From NCBI GenBank assembly GCA_951406725.2, contig OX597834.1, positions 38,440,001-38,504,000 on the forward strand: DNA of 64,000 bases, in the 5' to 3' direction. Source of the DNA: Octopus vulgaris (taxonomy: Eukaryota). The translations under genes were made by a program, and so were the position numbers. A model generated the notes under the pieces. It ran no database searches. It was not told the origin of the DNA and saw nothing but the letters and a program-made list of their open reading frames with translations. Shown here piece by piece: positions 12,153-25,280 of the stretch (positions are counted from its first letter, which is position 1; the number at the start of each line of letters is the position of its first letter).

Positions 12153-12888
12153 ATCCGACAAACCGACCAGCAAACTGAAAAATAAATGAATAAACAAACA
12201 CACTCTGTTCATTGTCCTTCTACTTTCAATGAAGTAAGAGACACTTTACGCAGAGTGGTGTTGATTGTATTGAGGAAGAATTGCAAAATGTTTAGCCTGT
12301 GCTCTGAGAAAAGAGCCTAGAAACCGACTCTTAGATGCAGAGACTGTGTTTGATAAGATCTGAAAAGAAGCAACATTCATGTGGAAAGTTGAGAAATTAT
12401 TGTAATTGATAGGTCATCAAGGAGAAAAATATACACTCACTGAATGTATTTTGAAGAAAATCACATTAAACAAACTTGAAACGAGACAACAGAAAAGAAA
12501 ACTTCATAGACCTGAACAATCCCTTCAAATCTTCAATTTGTAATCCGCTTTGTTTGTTTAAGGCTGGTCTTGTCAACCAATCAAAGATAGATGAACCAAA
12601 ACAAGTTAGTAAGACTTCACTGACTGAAAAGATATGCGTCATGTATAAATCATGTAAAAATGTTAGTCTTTTAGATGCGGTTTTGAAAATACATGCGTGT
12701 GTGCGATAAGACAGAGGTCATTATGTCTCCTCAAAAGACACAGACACAATACAGATATTACGATTCCGCATTGAATTTAACTTTGAAGAGACATTTATTT
12801 GATAATTGTATTAAAAGCTGTATATCAGCTGGACTGAAAAGTCATTCGTTTTGCAACTCATTAACAAGAAGTAGACATACTTTCTCTT

Positions 12889-12982
<94 letters not shown>

Positions 12983-13597
12983 ACACACAGATACATACAC
13001 TCACATGCATATGTAGTACATGATGCGTCCGAAAGTTTACACAATGCAACTTTACAAAGTAATCCTCCTGAAGATAAAAATATAATCTATTGTCATGCGG
13101 AGGGAATACTCACTGATAACACGAACGAATATTAGTGGGATGTTCCTGTTAAAAACTTCAGTAAAATGCTCGTGTGGAAATTAATTTCCCAGCAGTTGTT
13201 ATAATGATGTTGAAGTTTAGTGAAAAAAGGAAACATCTACACCTAACTAAAGAGAAACCACAATACTCCTATTGGACTATTGCTTTAGATCCTAGCTTCT
13301 CAAAGTGGGCGATTTCAACTTACAGGTGGACGATGGACGATTTTCTAGAAAATGGTGGACGATTAGAGATTTTGGTGGGCGATATGAACATTTTATGGGT
13401 GACAATGAATTTTTAGAAATTAAGTCTTTATCTACTAATATCTAGATATGCCTAGAGTAAGGATGCACTTTTATCAATTCGACTACTCGCTTGAGACGTC
13501 CCTTTATATTAAAAAAAGCGGACTTGTTTATCGATCGAATATTTTTGTCGCAGTCACTGAGATGGTTGTCATGCGTGCTAAATATAGCAGTCAAATA

Positions 13598-13855
13598 GGT
13601 CGTTATTATGTCCTAGCATATGTGTTGCCTTTTTTTAGTTTTCGTATTTTCCAGTGGTGTTCTCTGTCTGTTATTTTAACTTCATCCCACAGGGGGGGGG
13701 GGAGTCTCCGTTTTTCCATATATGATCAGCTGTCCTGATTTATTAATATCTCCTCGTGTTACAGCTTTGCGATGTTCCTCAACCCTTATTTTGAAGGGCG
13801 GCATGTTTCGCCTTTATATAACCTACCACAGCTGCATGGGATGGAGTACACGCAG
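13598..13855 (-). mobile_element. Penelope-like element GIY-YIG endonuclease fragment
   Basis: Minus strand VYSIPCSCGRLYKGETCRP..IRVEEHRKAVTRGDINKS..DHIWK..PLWDEVKITDREHHWKIRKLK. Confidence 0.9.
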
Positions 13856-14049
13856 TCTTTGGTCATATTCATCCCTGTGGAATGAAGTTAAATTAATAGA
13901 CAGAGAACACAGAGAAAATACGAAACTAAAAGAGGTTATTATGCTTGGACATAATAACCTCCTAAGCAGGCCTAGTGCAGATATGAGTAGCATATGGGAA
14001 CCGGTATTAAGGAAGGATAGGAAAATATTAGATTTATAAGCCCTAAAAT

Positions 14050-14125
14050 TCACTCCATATGGTGTAGTGGTTAAGAGTGCGAGCTACTAACCCCAAGATT
14101 CCGAGTTCGATTCCAGGCAGTGACC
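14050..14125 (+). other. tRNA-like Pol III cassette inside the PLE 3' region
   Basis: A-box TGGTGTAGTGG, B-box GAGTTCGATTCC, acceptor-like tcactcc/ggcagtga; stems imperfect, so not a functional tRNA. Confidence 0.7.
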
Positions 14126-14197
14126 TAAATAATAATAATAATGATAACGTCGAAAAATACCTTAGGAATGAGAAGCCAGGTTCGAAATTTCCCCAGG

Positions 14198-14241
14198 ATA
14201 CCTGATGAAGGCTGGAGAGTACATCAGCCGAAATGTCATGT
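14198..14241 (+). ncRNA. Minimal type-I hammerhead ribozyme motif (H1)
   Basis: CTGATGA-A-GGCTG-10nt-CAGCC-GAAA-T-GTC; stem I imperfect. Confidence 0.75.
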
Positions 14242-14469
14242 TAACAACAAACAAAATGAGGACAAATATCCGTCAAATGTAAATAAAGGATATAATTCCT
14301 CATCTCTTAAATATAGAACTGTTATAGGCATATCTGCATAACTATGTCTATATTCTTGTGAAAGAGACTATTTTCTAGGTTAGAAACGATCCAGTGCTAG
14401 AGTGGTGAGAAATCTTAAGAATAAAGAGGAAGGTACGTAATACATACATACATACATACATACATACAT

Positions 14470-14533
<64 letters not shown>

Positions 14534-14850
14534 ACATACATACATACATACATACATACATACATACATACATACATACATACTATAATGATAAATGAGT
14601 TGTTGAGTTTGGTTCTCTGAAAAGTAACCACCTCTGGCGATCAAAATACATTGTTAGTGTTTTTAAACGTAGTGGGAATCTCTTCCAAACTTCGTTATTA
14701 ATATTTAATTTTACTGCTGTTCTATTTGAACATTTCTTCAAGTGTTATTTATTTTCTCACTTGTTTTCTTCACATCCTGTTATTCTTCATTTCTGACAAA
14801 CCTACTTTTGAAGATTACTTTAAGACTTTTCTGGATCAACAATATTCTAT

Positions 14851-14936
<86 letters not shown>

Positions 14937-15007
14937 TACACTCTCTCTCTCCTGTTTTCTTTGACTGGACACCTGCCTCATATTTATATTAAACATGTTT
15001 GCGTTTG

Positions 15008-15063
<56 letters not shown>

Positions 15064-15150
15064 GTTATACCGAATACACTGAATTTTAGCTAAAAAATTC
15101 TCGAAACTCTTATTGCAGCATAATTATAATAATGATGATAATAAGAATAG

Positions 15151-15366
15151 TAATCCTTTCTACTAAAGGCAAAAGGCCTGAAATTTGTAGGTGGGGTCTA
15201 GTCGAATACATCTACCCCAGTACTCAGCTGGTACTTATTTTATTAACCCCGAAAAGATGAAAGGCAAAGTCGACCACGGCTGACTTTGATCTCAGAACGT
15301 AGCGACAGGCGAAATACCACTAAGCATTTCGCCCGGTGTGCTAACGAATCTGCCAGCTCGCAGCCT
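15151..15366 (-). mobile_element. SINE family B
   Basis: Reverse complement of ggc..gagctggcaga..cgttagcac..tttgcctttcatcttttcggggt. Confidence 0.88.
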
Positions 15367-16299
15367 CAATAATAATAAATAATAATAATGCTGATGATGA
15401 TGATGATGATGATATTCCTTTCTACTATAGGCACAAGGCCTGAAATTCGAATAGGGGGATACAGGATAAACGCAGAATAGAAGAGTCGCTGAAGAGGCCA
15501 CATATGTGTGACGAAAGATTTCCAAACAATGCACATAAAATAAAATAAGTACAATAATAAACGAGTGGAGAACGAATATATAGTGCGTGTGTTTATTTGA
15601 CAAGAAAAAAAAATGACCATCCCAAAATATAACGATATTTGTTTCAACACGCGATTTCACATCAGGAATCTTGCTAAACAAATCCATAAACGTAATTGTC
15701 TTGATAGATTATCATGAATTTGAGTCCTTAACAGTAACTTTTATTTATGTTTGGCTGAAAAATCCAGCTTAGTTAAATCGGTTTTGTGAGCTTGCATGAG
15801 GTGTGTGTGTGTGTGTGTGTGGTGGGGGTAGTGGGGATTTCTTCGCTAAAGGTCTTCTGCTGTTCAGCTGTCCCTTGAGTTTCTTACTACTATCGTGTTT
15901 AATGTCTATCACTCAATTTGAATTTTGTGCCAGAATTTTAGAAGCTTTTTATAGTACTTTGACCATTTTGCACATTGCTGGAATGAGTACGGATTTTGGA
16001 ATAATCGGGATACATGTGAAAAAATAATTTCTTTCGACATCCGCCCTGTGACCGAGTAACTGATGCCAACAAATTCTTGTTTATTATACTCGAAGTCTGT
16101 ACATGGTCGGCCGACACGACAGAAATAGCTATAAAGTATTCTTCAATTTACACCTTATCGTTTTAAATAAAGATAAATAACATGAAAAAACTAGAACACT
16201 TCGCCATCTTTAAGAATAGTGTGTAGTATTAGTATGAATTTATCAATAAACACCGGTTATTCCATGTCTGGGGAAGTCTATCTATCATGATTGTTTGTT

Positions 16300-16592
16300 T
16301 CTTCTCGAGCCATCCCTGGCTCATAAAGGCCGGTTTCCCGGTTTCCTTGGCGTATAGGTTCCTCACCTGGACGAGACGCCGGTCCGTCGTAGGTGAGGCA
16401 AGATGTAGGAGGAAAGAATGAGAGAAAGTTGTAGCGAAAGAGTCAGCAGAAGTTCACCATTACCTTCTGCCGGAGCCGCGTGGAGCTTAGTTGTTTCACT
16501 CATAAACACACACATCGCCCGGTCTGAGATTCGAACCCGCGATCCTTCGACCGCGTGTCCGCTGCTCTAACCACTAGGCCATGCGCCTCTAC
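16300..16592 (-). mobile_element. SINE family D (tRNA-Arg-like head) with V-domain-like tail
   Basis: Minus head aggcgcatggcctagtggttagagc..ggttcgaatctc; tail shared with 43460-43540. Confidence 0.85.
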
Positions 16593-17875
16593 ATCTATCA
16601 TGATAAATGTTGCTAAATTGAACTTCCAGTAGTCTCTGCCCATACGTGTTTCAGTTGTGGGTTCGTTCATTGTTTACCATATGTGAACGTTATTACCGTA
16701 TACTAATTACATAGCTATAATAATATTTTGAGTTTAAAATAAATTTTAAACAGTACTGAAATTTTTCATTGAATTTATAAAGAAACTATTTTAAAATGCT
16801 TATACATAAGATTAATGATAACTTGGACAATTTGTTCAGAGTATGTAATATAACTGGTAACGCTGTAGCAGCTATTGTGTAATGTAATGAGCAATAAGTA
16901 ATTAACAGCGCCTTACGTTTGAATGGTAAATAAAAGTTCACTGAATTACATGTTCCTCGCTCTTCTCGGTTTATATATTACTATTATGAAATGCATAGGT
17001 AATTTACTGTATCAAGACATTTTATTCTATAGCAATTATACTGCTTCTGTGTTTTGGTTATCCATGTTTTTGCGTTCATTATACAGCGTGAATGGGCGTT
17101 TGTCAATAGATTTTACTAAATTGCCAAAGTAGCATTAAATATAAACTTTTAAATAAAATAGCAATGGATTATTGTAGCAGCATCGAATTAATAATATAGC
17201 CACACTCAGTCGTAAAATGCAATGAATTTGCTGCTTGTATTTTGTTACAGAAACCTTATCAATTACACCCTGTTACACCGAAATGCAAAGGTCTACAAAA
17301 GACACACACACACACACACACACACAGACACAGACACATACACACACACACATGTATGTATATATGTGTGTGTGTTTGCTATATGTGTTTTCAAAACTGA
17401 GACATTTCAAGTGGTTCTCAAAACTGTTTTTCCTAATGTTCATCGATAAGTAGGATGTTCGAGAATAATTTGTATACGTCTAGGTATATTCAAATATTTA
17501 GTAGAATCTTTGTTCAATGATCAGCATTAAATCAATCATTGTCACTTGATTTGTTTCGTTTGAAATACGCCGTCATTCACTTTATTACTAATACGATATA
17601 GCCATCTTAATACGCATATATTTATTGAGACAAGAAGTTTTAAGATATTTATATTGTTTGTCTCTTGCACACTATTAGGCTAAAAAACAGTTAAGCAACG
17701 ATTTATATTTTGATGATATATTGCAAATGTTAACAATGAATAATTCAATGTTACTTTATAAAAAAGGGAGTTTATTGAACTTATGATATAGCTAACCATA
17801 CATTTATGTGCTGGAAATTGCATTATATATTCATATACCTAAAACATGCATATAGATAGAGTTACAATATATATA

Positions 17876-18037
17876 GGCGCAGGAGTGGCTGTGTGGTAAG
17901 TAGCTTGCTAACCAACCACATGGTTCTGGGTTCAATCCCACTGCGTGGCATCTTGGGCAAGTGTCTTCTGCTATAGCCCCGGGCCGACCAATGCCTTGTG
18001 AGTGGATTTGGTAGACGGAAACTGAAAGAAGCCTGTC

Positions 18038-18121
<84 letters not shown>

Positions 18122-18356
18122 ATGTATGTTTGTGTATGTATTTGTGTGTCTGTGTTTGTCCCCCTAGCATTGCTTGACAACCGATGCTAGTGTGTTTACG
18201 TCCCCGTCACTTAGCGGTTCGGCAAAAGAGACCGATAGAATAAGTACTGGGCTTACAAAGAATAAGTCCTGGGGTCGATTTGCTCGATTAAAGGCGGTGC
18301 TCCAGCATGGCCGCAGTCAAATGACTGAAACAAATGACTGAAAAAGAGTAAAGAGT
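17876..18356 (+). mobile_element. SINE family A, full length
   Basis: Complete head, (TA)n centre and tail. Confidence 0.93.
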
Positions 18357-18402
18357 ATAGCAGTTAACGTAAGTATTGCAAATACATATCTATACACATG
18401 TG

Positions 18403-18449
<47 letters not shown>

Positions 18450-18771
18450 TTATAGGTATACAATTTAATATACATACATATATAAAATAGAAATATTATC
18501 ATTTCTAGATCTCTCGATGAGTGACATTCAGTAATAGTTCTTTCAAGTAAAGGCTATTCACACATAATGTGGCTGTCCCGAAAGGAACGAAGTCACTGTT
18601 GTTTTAGCCCCAAGAAACATCGTTTCTAGTTGGCTATAACGACACACTATTTGTGTCCTTATATTTTCGAACATTTATTTATTTTCGTTGCGTCTTATAA
18701 CCGCTTCCAAAGTCGTTATCAGAGCTGCGTTCTATTTATTTGTCTGTGCGCATGTGTATGCGTCAATGTGC

Positions 18772-18802
<31 letters not shown>

Positions 18803-18892
18803 TGTATGTATGTATGTATGTATGTATGTATGTGTGTGTGTGTATGTATGTATGTATGTATATATGTATGTATGTACGCATGTATGTATGTA

Positions 18893-19238
18893 TGTCAGGT
18901 CACTTTCGAGTGCTACTGGTAACATGTAACCAAGTACAACCTGTTGCATGGTCAGGTCGTCGGCGACTAAACCGGCAACCCCACCAAGCTTGCTTGGTGA
19001 GGAGAGTGTTTATTGGACACCCTGCGGGATGAAAAACAAAACCCGTCAAAGGGCGGAGGAACTCTTGAGAGTCAACGGCCATCTAATAAATGTCTTAAGG
19101 CTGTATCATGCGCAGGGACATAGAAATAATCGGACTGAATACCCGATCGCGCGGTTAAACCATTGGGAGTGAAGGACTCCTAGCTTTTGTTAGGGCATCC
19201 TTCTAGGAAAAGGTAACTCAGGTAACTGGAATAACTCA
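18893..19238 (+). mobile_element. Interspersed repeat resembling an RTE LINE 5' UTR
   Basis: 19135-19238 is nearly identical to 40081-40183; motif tctaggaaaaggtaactc recalls RTE 5' UTRs. Confidence 0.55.
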
Positions 19239-19260
19239 TTAATGTTGCTGTTGTTATTAA

Positions 19261-19457
19261 TGCGGTGACCTGTCTGATTCGTTAGCCAGGCAAAATGCTC
19301 AGCGGCATTTCGTCCGGCTTTACGTCAGAGTTCAAATTCCGCCGAAAACCGCTTTGCCTTTCATCCTTTGAGGATCGATAAAAGAAGTACCAGTTGAGCA
19401 TTGGGGTCAATGTAATCGACTTAAGCCCTCCCCCGAGCTTTCTGCCCTTGCACCAAA

Positions 19458-19462
<5 letters not shown>
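19261..19462 (+). mobile_element. SINE family B with (ATT)n tail
   Basis: gagttcaaattccgccg..ctttgcctttcatcctttg. Confidence 0.85.
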
Positions 19463-19508
<46 letters not shown>

Positions 19509-19554
19509 GCTGTTGTTGCTTTTGTTGTTGCTGATGCTGCTGCTTGTTTGTTTG

Positions 19555-19922
19555 TTGAGCGAAGCGATCTATGTCCCAGTGCTCGCAGTGGGAGAAGTCC
19601 GAAATGTGGTCCTTTGCTATTCGTAAGACCCGCAGAAGGGAAAGCAGGTTAACCCCCGACACCGAGGGCATCGACGGATGGATGAATGCGCATCCAGGCT
19701 TAGCGGTTGCGTAGGAAGTCGGGGACAAGAAACAGGAAGAAAGAGTGAGAGAAAGTTGGAGCGAAAGAGTACAACAGGGGTCGCCACCACCCCCTGCCGG
19801 AGTCTCGTGGAGCTTTAGTTGTTTTTGCTCAATAAACACACACAACGCCCAGTCTGGGAATCGAAACCGCGATCCTCCGACCGCGAGTCCGCTTCCCTAA
19901 CCACTGGGCCATTGCGCCTCCA
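19555..19922 (-). mobile_element. SINE family D
   Basis: Nearly identical to 49860-50235; minus head ggaggcgcaatggcccagtggttaggg..ggactcgcggtcgg..ggtttcgattccc. Confidence 0.9.
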
Positions 19923-21199
19923 CTTGCTGCTGCTGCTGTTGTTGTTCATGTATAAGTACATAAACCTTTGTGTTGAATTGCAGCTCATTTTCTAAACGTT
20001 AACTCAACTGCCTAAGAAATGTTAAGCACAAATATAAAACTGAAATAGTACTGGAGTCGATAATTAAAAGCCTTTGAAGCGGTGCCCCAGCTCAGCCGCG
20101 ACTCGAAAATTTAAACTCAGCAAAAAGATTAATGTAGTCGACATAAAATGTTGATGTTAAAACTGTTTTGGAGTTTTATGCTCGACTTTGGCAATATTCA
20201 CACGCTTTGCTTTCCAAAATAGTCTGCCTGAAGATTGCCACTGGCTGACACGAAACTTTTATAATAGACATGTGAAATTCTAAGCTTTAAAATCTCCGTG
20301 TGTGTTTGTATGTGTGTGTATATATATATATACATACTCGCGTACACGCACACACACACACACGCACACACATATATATATATGCACATGTAAATATTCA
20401 ATTACGCACACATATGTAAGTATGTAAGCATATAGAATATGTGAATATTCACAAACGTGTGTGTCTTTCATTTCCCATTATACATACACACACATACACA
20501 CATACGCACACATATGCAATATATGCATATATATATATTGTTTGCGCGCATACGTGTGTGTGTGTGTTTTCATATATATATGTATATGTACATATGCATA
20601 TATATATATACATATATCTTTTAGTGTGTGTGTATTTTCATATATATATATATATATATGTATATGTATATATGCACGTATATATATATATCTTTGTGTG
20701 TGTTTGTGCGTGTGTGTGTGTCTGCACGTGTATGAATAGATGTTCACAGAACTTACTTTTGCTATTATTCGCCTCTACGGAATGTATTTGTAATTTTTTT
20801 TTAAGCAAACCAAAGCCATCTTGTGTGATGTATTAACACGAAAGTGGAAACAAATAGAATCAAAGAGAAGTCAATGTATAAATAAAATAAAATACATAAT
20901 ACACACACATTTATAAACAGATAATAAATATAAACTTATAAATATATAAAATATGTAAATGTAAAAACAAATAAAATATATAAAATACACGAAGAAGTAA
21001 AACGATAAAAAGAAACACCACGAAACTCTCAACGACAAAGATTTCGACATCTTCTTCTGTATCAAGATTGCATTAAAGTAACTGTAAGAAGATTGCAATG
21101 AGAATTCTGTGAAATAGGTGTTATGCAGAAGAAATTTTAGATTGTGCAGTTTTGTCGATTCTTTCACAGCAATCAGTCTCTCTCTGTACGAAAAATAAA

Positions 21200-21482
21200 A
21201 TCTTTCTACTCTTGGACAAGATTATGAATGTTTAGGGAGGAAGCGAGTTGATCTCGGTGGAATATGAACCCGGGACATAAAGCTGGAAGCAATATCACTA
21301 TGCATTTTTGTTCGGCGTGGTGACGATTCTGCCAGCTCACCACCTTTGTATTTATGAAATAACTCTTCCTCTTTTTGGCTACAAGTCAAGCTTTTTTTTT
21401 TTTTCTTTTTTGAGGGAAGGAGAAAAGTAGATTACATCCACCATAATCCAGTGCTCGACTGGTACTTATTTCATCGCCCTCG
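21200..21482 (-). mobile_element. SINE family B, diverged fragments
   Basis: gattctgccagctcaccacc; ctggtacttatttcatcg. Confidence 0.65.
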
Positions 21483-21484
21483 CT

Positions 21485-22265
21485 AGAATGAATACCAAGC
21501 CAAGTGCACAGTCATTATTGGTATAAATGTGACTCTATAATCTGGGTTTAGAAGCTGGAGGCTTCGAAGCAGTTGTCCTATTTCTCTTTGATTTTCTGTT
21601 GAGCCGTTGATCACTTTGAGTACGCACTTCTTATCTGTCCCATACAGCAAGATCCAGCCTACCAAGGTTGCACTTGGTAGAAGTTATGGTAGGCACGTTC
21701 CACCAATATTTCTTGTGTTGGTATTTACGTATGTATTCAGCAAGAGTGGGTTAATTATATTTATTCTACGCTAGTCTTTTTCTTCTCCGAATGGCATTCT
21801 CCATTGTTTTCACGACAACGTCATGTTACATAGAGCTAACACCTAGACATTTTATTTTATTTTGGTAGCTGTTGATCACGTGTGGTGTCTTCCACAGAAA
21901 TGTGACATAACCTACATTCTAGGTTGCATATCGGAGCCACAAGGGTTTCACTACCTTTTTTTCTTTATTCGCTATTTTGTAACAATCTCCTATTCTTTGG
22001 AAGTGTGATGTGATGTAGCTGTCACGAGACCAGGTGGATATTATTGCTGTCTTCAAATCTTCGTGAAACGTCTTCATGCATAGCCTTTTTTCGGTATACT
22101 GAACAACGCTTTATATCCGAGGCTCTTTTGAGATGCGTTAATGCAGCTGTTTTGGGGTTGTATAATGCGAGGTTGTCAGGAAAAGAATGTTTCCTGAGCA
22201 TCTCATTGTCGACACGAAGGATATCGTTCTTCTCTTCGCTTTTCAATGCTAGATTTATGGTTCCC
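21485..22265 (-). mobile_element. REL-type non-LTR retrotransposon fragment (zinc knuckle plus endonuclease), decayed
   Basis: Minus QE*EIVTK..CNLECRLCHISVEDTT, HDVVVKTMENAIRR, GQLLRSLQLLNPDYRVTFIPI. Confidence 0.75.
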
Positions 22266-22381
22266 TCCTCTCCCTCCACCACACACACTCATGTGCACGC
22301 ACGCACACATACACACACATACACAAATTTGCAAACATATATAGATTTGTTTTCCATAACCAAATTCTTATTTATTTAGAC

Positions 22382-22440
<59 letters not shown>

Positions 22441-22453
22441 CTCTCTCTCTCTA

Positions 22454-22512
<59 letters not shown>

Positions 22513-23934
22513 TACCTATCTATCTGTCTCTATACATATGTATGTGTGTGTGTATGAAGTTTATTTAAATATTCAGAAATATATGTATTCTAATGGGAAT
22601 ATCATGTACACACACACACACACATACATACATACATACATACATACATACATACATACATACATACATAAATACATACATACATACAGACATATGTAAA
22701 TATGTAAATATATGTCTGTGCCTGTGTGTGTACATGCAAGTGTGTTCATTTAAATTCTTGTGTGGTAGCGTGATGATCTTAACAGGCATACGACAATCAA
22801 TGAGAACACAATGAAAACCACACACACACACACACACACACATAATATATAGGCTTTATACACCATATGTTGATATATAGTCAACTAAATACACATTGCT
22901 CAGCTTCATACATAACTTACATACACATAGATAAGTGTGTATGTTTGTGAGTCTGTGTGCCTGTATAGTCACACACACACACACACTTACACACACACAT
23001 GCACACTCATAAACACATACACACATGCTCACACACGTATATATTTATTCTGTATTTATTCTGTTATTTCCTTTGACGCTCTTATTTCTTTAATTTAATT
23101 TCCTTCTCAATGTTGTGTTTTCCATATTCTATATTCTACGTCTGCATTGAGAATTTGTCTCTGAAAACTTGTCTCCAAGACTTTTTATCGTGTCGAGGAG
23201 AAAATATTTGCAGTGTTGCTAAGGTGCTCTGTAAACAATACTGCGTATGTATGTATGAATGTGTGTATGTGTGTTTAGATGGGGTTATAGATTTCACTTG
23301 ATAACTGACGCGACTGTCTACGAATGTTATTTGCAATACAAAAATTATATAGTCTCATATAAACACACATACTTGCATACACACAGTCACATGCGTACAT
23401 ACATAATACCTGCATATATGCATACACACGTACGCACGTACACAGATGCATACATAAATGCATGCGTATATATATATATATACACGCATTGATATATATG
23501 TTCAGACATTTTTTATAGCTGGTACAAATAGTAACAAGTAGATACACATGTATTATGACTTCGAAACCTCACGTGACGTTGAGATTTGGTCTGGCTAATT
23601 GAAATTGTCTTTTAAGCTAATTGAAGATTTTTGCTTATTTCGTTAAGGGTCATGTGCTTTTGAATTGCAAATCTTTAGGTGACCATCATCTCTTCTTGTA
23701 TATCAGAGATTCGGCTGTCTAGTGTTTTCAGCCTTCTTTATGACTGTAGTAATTAATGAGTAAATGGAGATTTGGTTGCTGTTTCTGACAGTTAATTCGA
23801 CCTATCAGAATCTCGCCTCTGTCTTTGCCAGTATGTGTTCGCACAAATCGCTGTGAGCGTGTGCATGTGTGTGTACAGGTGAAAAGGTGTATAATGGTGT
23901 TTCTGCTGTGTCTATATACTGGTATTACCGTATA

Positions 23935-24140
23935 TGAGTTAATCCAAACATGAAAACACAAAGAGAAAACACAACAACGCGAGGACGTGGAACAAATATA
24001 GTATTATTGGACACTCAGGAAAGAAGGAGGGTTTAACGTTTCGAGCGGAGCTCTTCGTCAGAAACATAGGAAAAGGAAAAAATCCAAAGACATAGGAAGA
24101 CGGAGGAAAAAATCGCCAACGGTACACAGCGGTCACATTT
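23935..24140 (-). mobile_element. Short hammerhead-containing element, family H2
   Basis: Homologous to 31024-31230; tails also at 29845-29941 and 46724-46793. Confidence 0.8.
24031..24065 (-). ncRNA. Minimal hammerhead ribozyme motif (H2)
   Basis: gttt-CTGACGA-a-GAGC-tcc-GCTC-GAAA-C-GTT-aaac; palindromic stem III (AACGTT). Confidence 0.82.
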
Positions 24141-24512
24141 TATTACTGTGTATGAGTTGAAGAAAATTTGACTACTATTTTTACCAAGTCCAGCTACAAT
24201 GTAAGGATTCGGTTGTTGGCTCATTCATACATGCACACAAGTATATACCCATGAAACAATAATGTGTGGTTTGCATGAAAGTTGGCTGCTATTCAGATTA
24301 AAGAACTCAAGAATCTGTTTAAACAAACAATATGAATAAGATCTTCATTAGATGACCCTGCGCCGATAAATTAATTCTATCTCATTAGTGGTGATGACGA
24401 TGGCGGAGATTGAATAATAGAAAAAAAGGCAGTGGAGCAATGGAAGAGTGAAAAAGAGAACAAGCTTAAGAGTGAAAGAAGGAAAGAAAGCAAAGATTGT
24501 AGATCAAACGAT

Positions 24513-24741
24513 ATGAGCTGACAGAAACGTTAGCACACCGGGCGAGATGTTTAGTGGTATTTCGTCTGCCGTTACGTTCTGAGTTCAAATTCCGCCGAGG
24601 TCGACTTTGCCTTTCATCCTTTCGGGGTCGATAAATTAAGTACCAATTACGTACTGGGGTCGATATAATCGACTTAATCCATCTGTCTGTCCTTGTTTGT
24701 CTCCTCTGTGTTTAGCCCCTTGTGGGTAGTAAAGAAATAGA
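24513..24741 (+). mobile_element. SINE family B, near full length
   Basis: Nearly identical to 53809-54039. Confidence 0.92.
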
Positions 24742-25144
24742 TATATAGAAATTGAGATTGGGAGGAATGAGATTTTTTAAAAAATGAGAGAGAACAAGCA
24801 ATGAGTTGATATTGAATGAATAAATGAGTGAAAAGGAAGAAAACTTAACGAAAGAAATGAAGTAAAAAGGAATAATAAAAAAGAAAAGAAAAATAAGGTA
24901 AAAAAATGCAAGAAGGAAAGGTAAATATAGAAAAAGAGAGTGTTTACTGGTAGGAATAAGTAATGGAACATCTTTCGGTCTATTTTCCTTTTGTTGTATT
25001 ATAGGAATACTCCTGGTAGAGTATCATGAGTACCTTGTTTACCAAGTCAGAATATACATATAGTGTCTATACAGAATATAATGTTGTTGGTGAACTCTAG
25101 GTCAGTTACAATAAAGTGGCTTTGGCGGCGTAACTATTCTGTCC

Positions 25145-25280
25145 TTTACTCAGACACTGTGTATCTAGGACTACATCATCTAATGTGTTCTTCCTTCTTT
25201 GTGACAGCGGGTTACGATTGGAGAGAAATCTGGTTGCTATTTCAAGCAGATCAAGAGACTGCGCAGAGGCTTCCTCATTA
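25145..25280 (-). mobile_element. Old interspersed repeat family (ctgctagaaatagcagccaaat-type)
   Basis: Similar segments at about 16105-16200, 35485-35575, 55880-55970, 56785-56930 and 60410-60575. Confidence 0.5.

Larger units (their letters stand above)
13860..14323 (+). mobile_element. Penelope-like element 3' end/pLTR, inverted relative to 13598-13855
   Basis: LWNEVKLIDREH..KLKE..MLGHNNLLSRPSADMSSIWEPVL*, then a tRNA-like cassette and a hammerhead motif. Confidence 0.85.

Noticed and set aside
14050-14125. Functional tRNA gene
   Set aside because: Acceptor and anticodon stems are imperfect and it is embedded in a PLE; treated as a tRNA-derived cassette. SINE heads were rejected as tRNA genes for the same reason
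18900-18980. HDV-like ribozyme (..gtcg tcgg cgaCTAA accgg)
   Set aside because: P4 and J4/2-like parts are present but I could not assign P1, P3 or the L3 UCC motif
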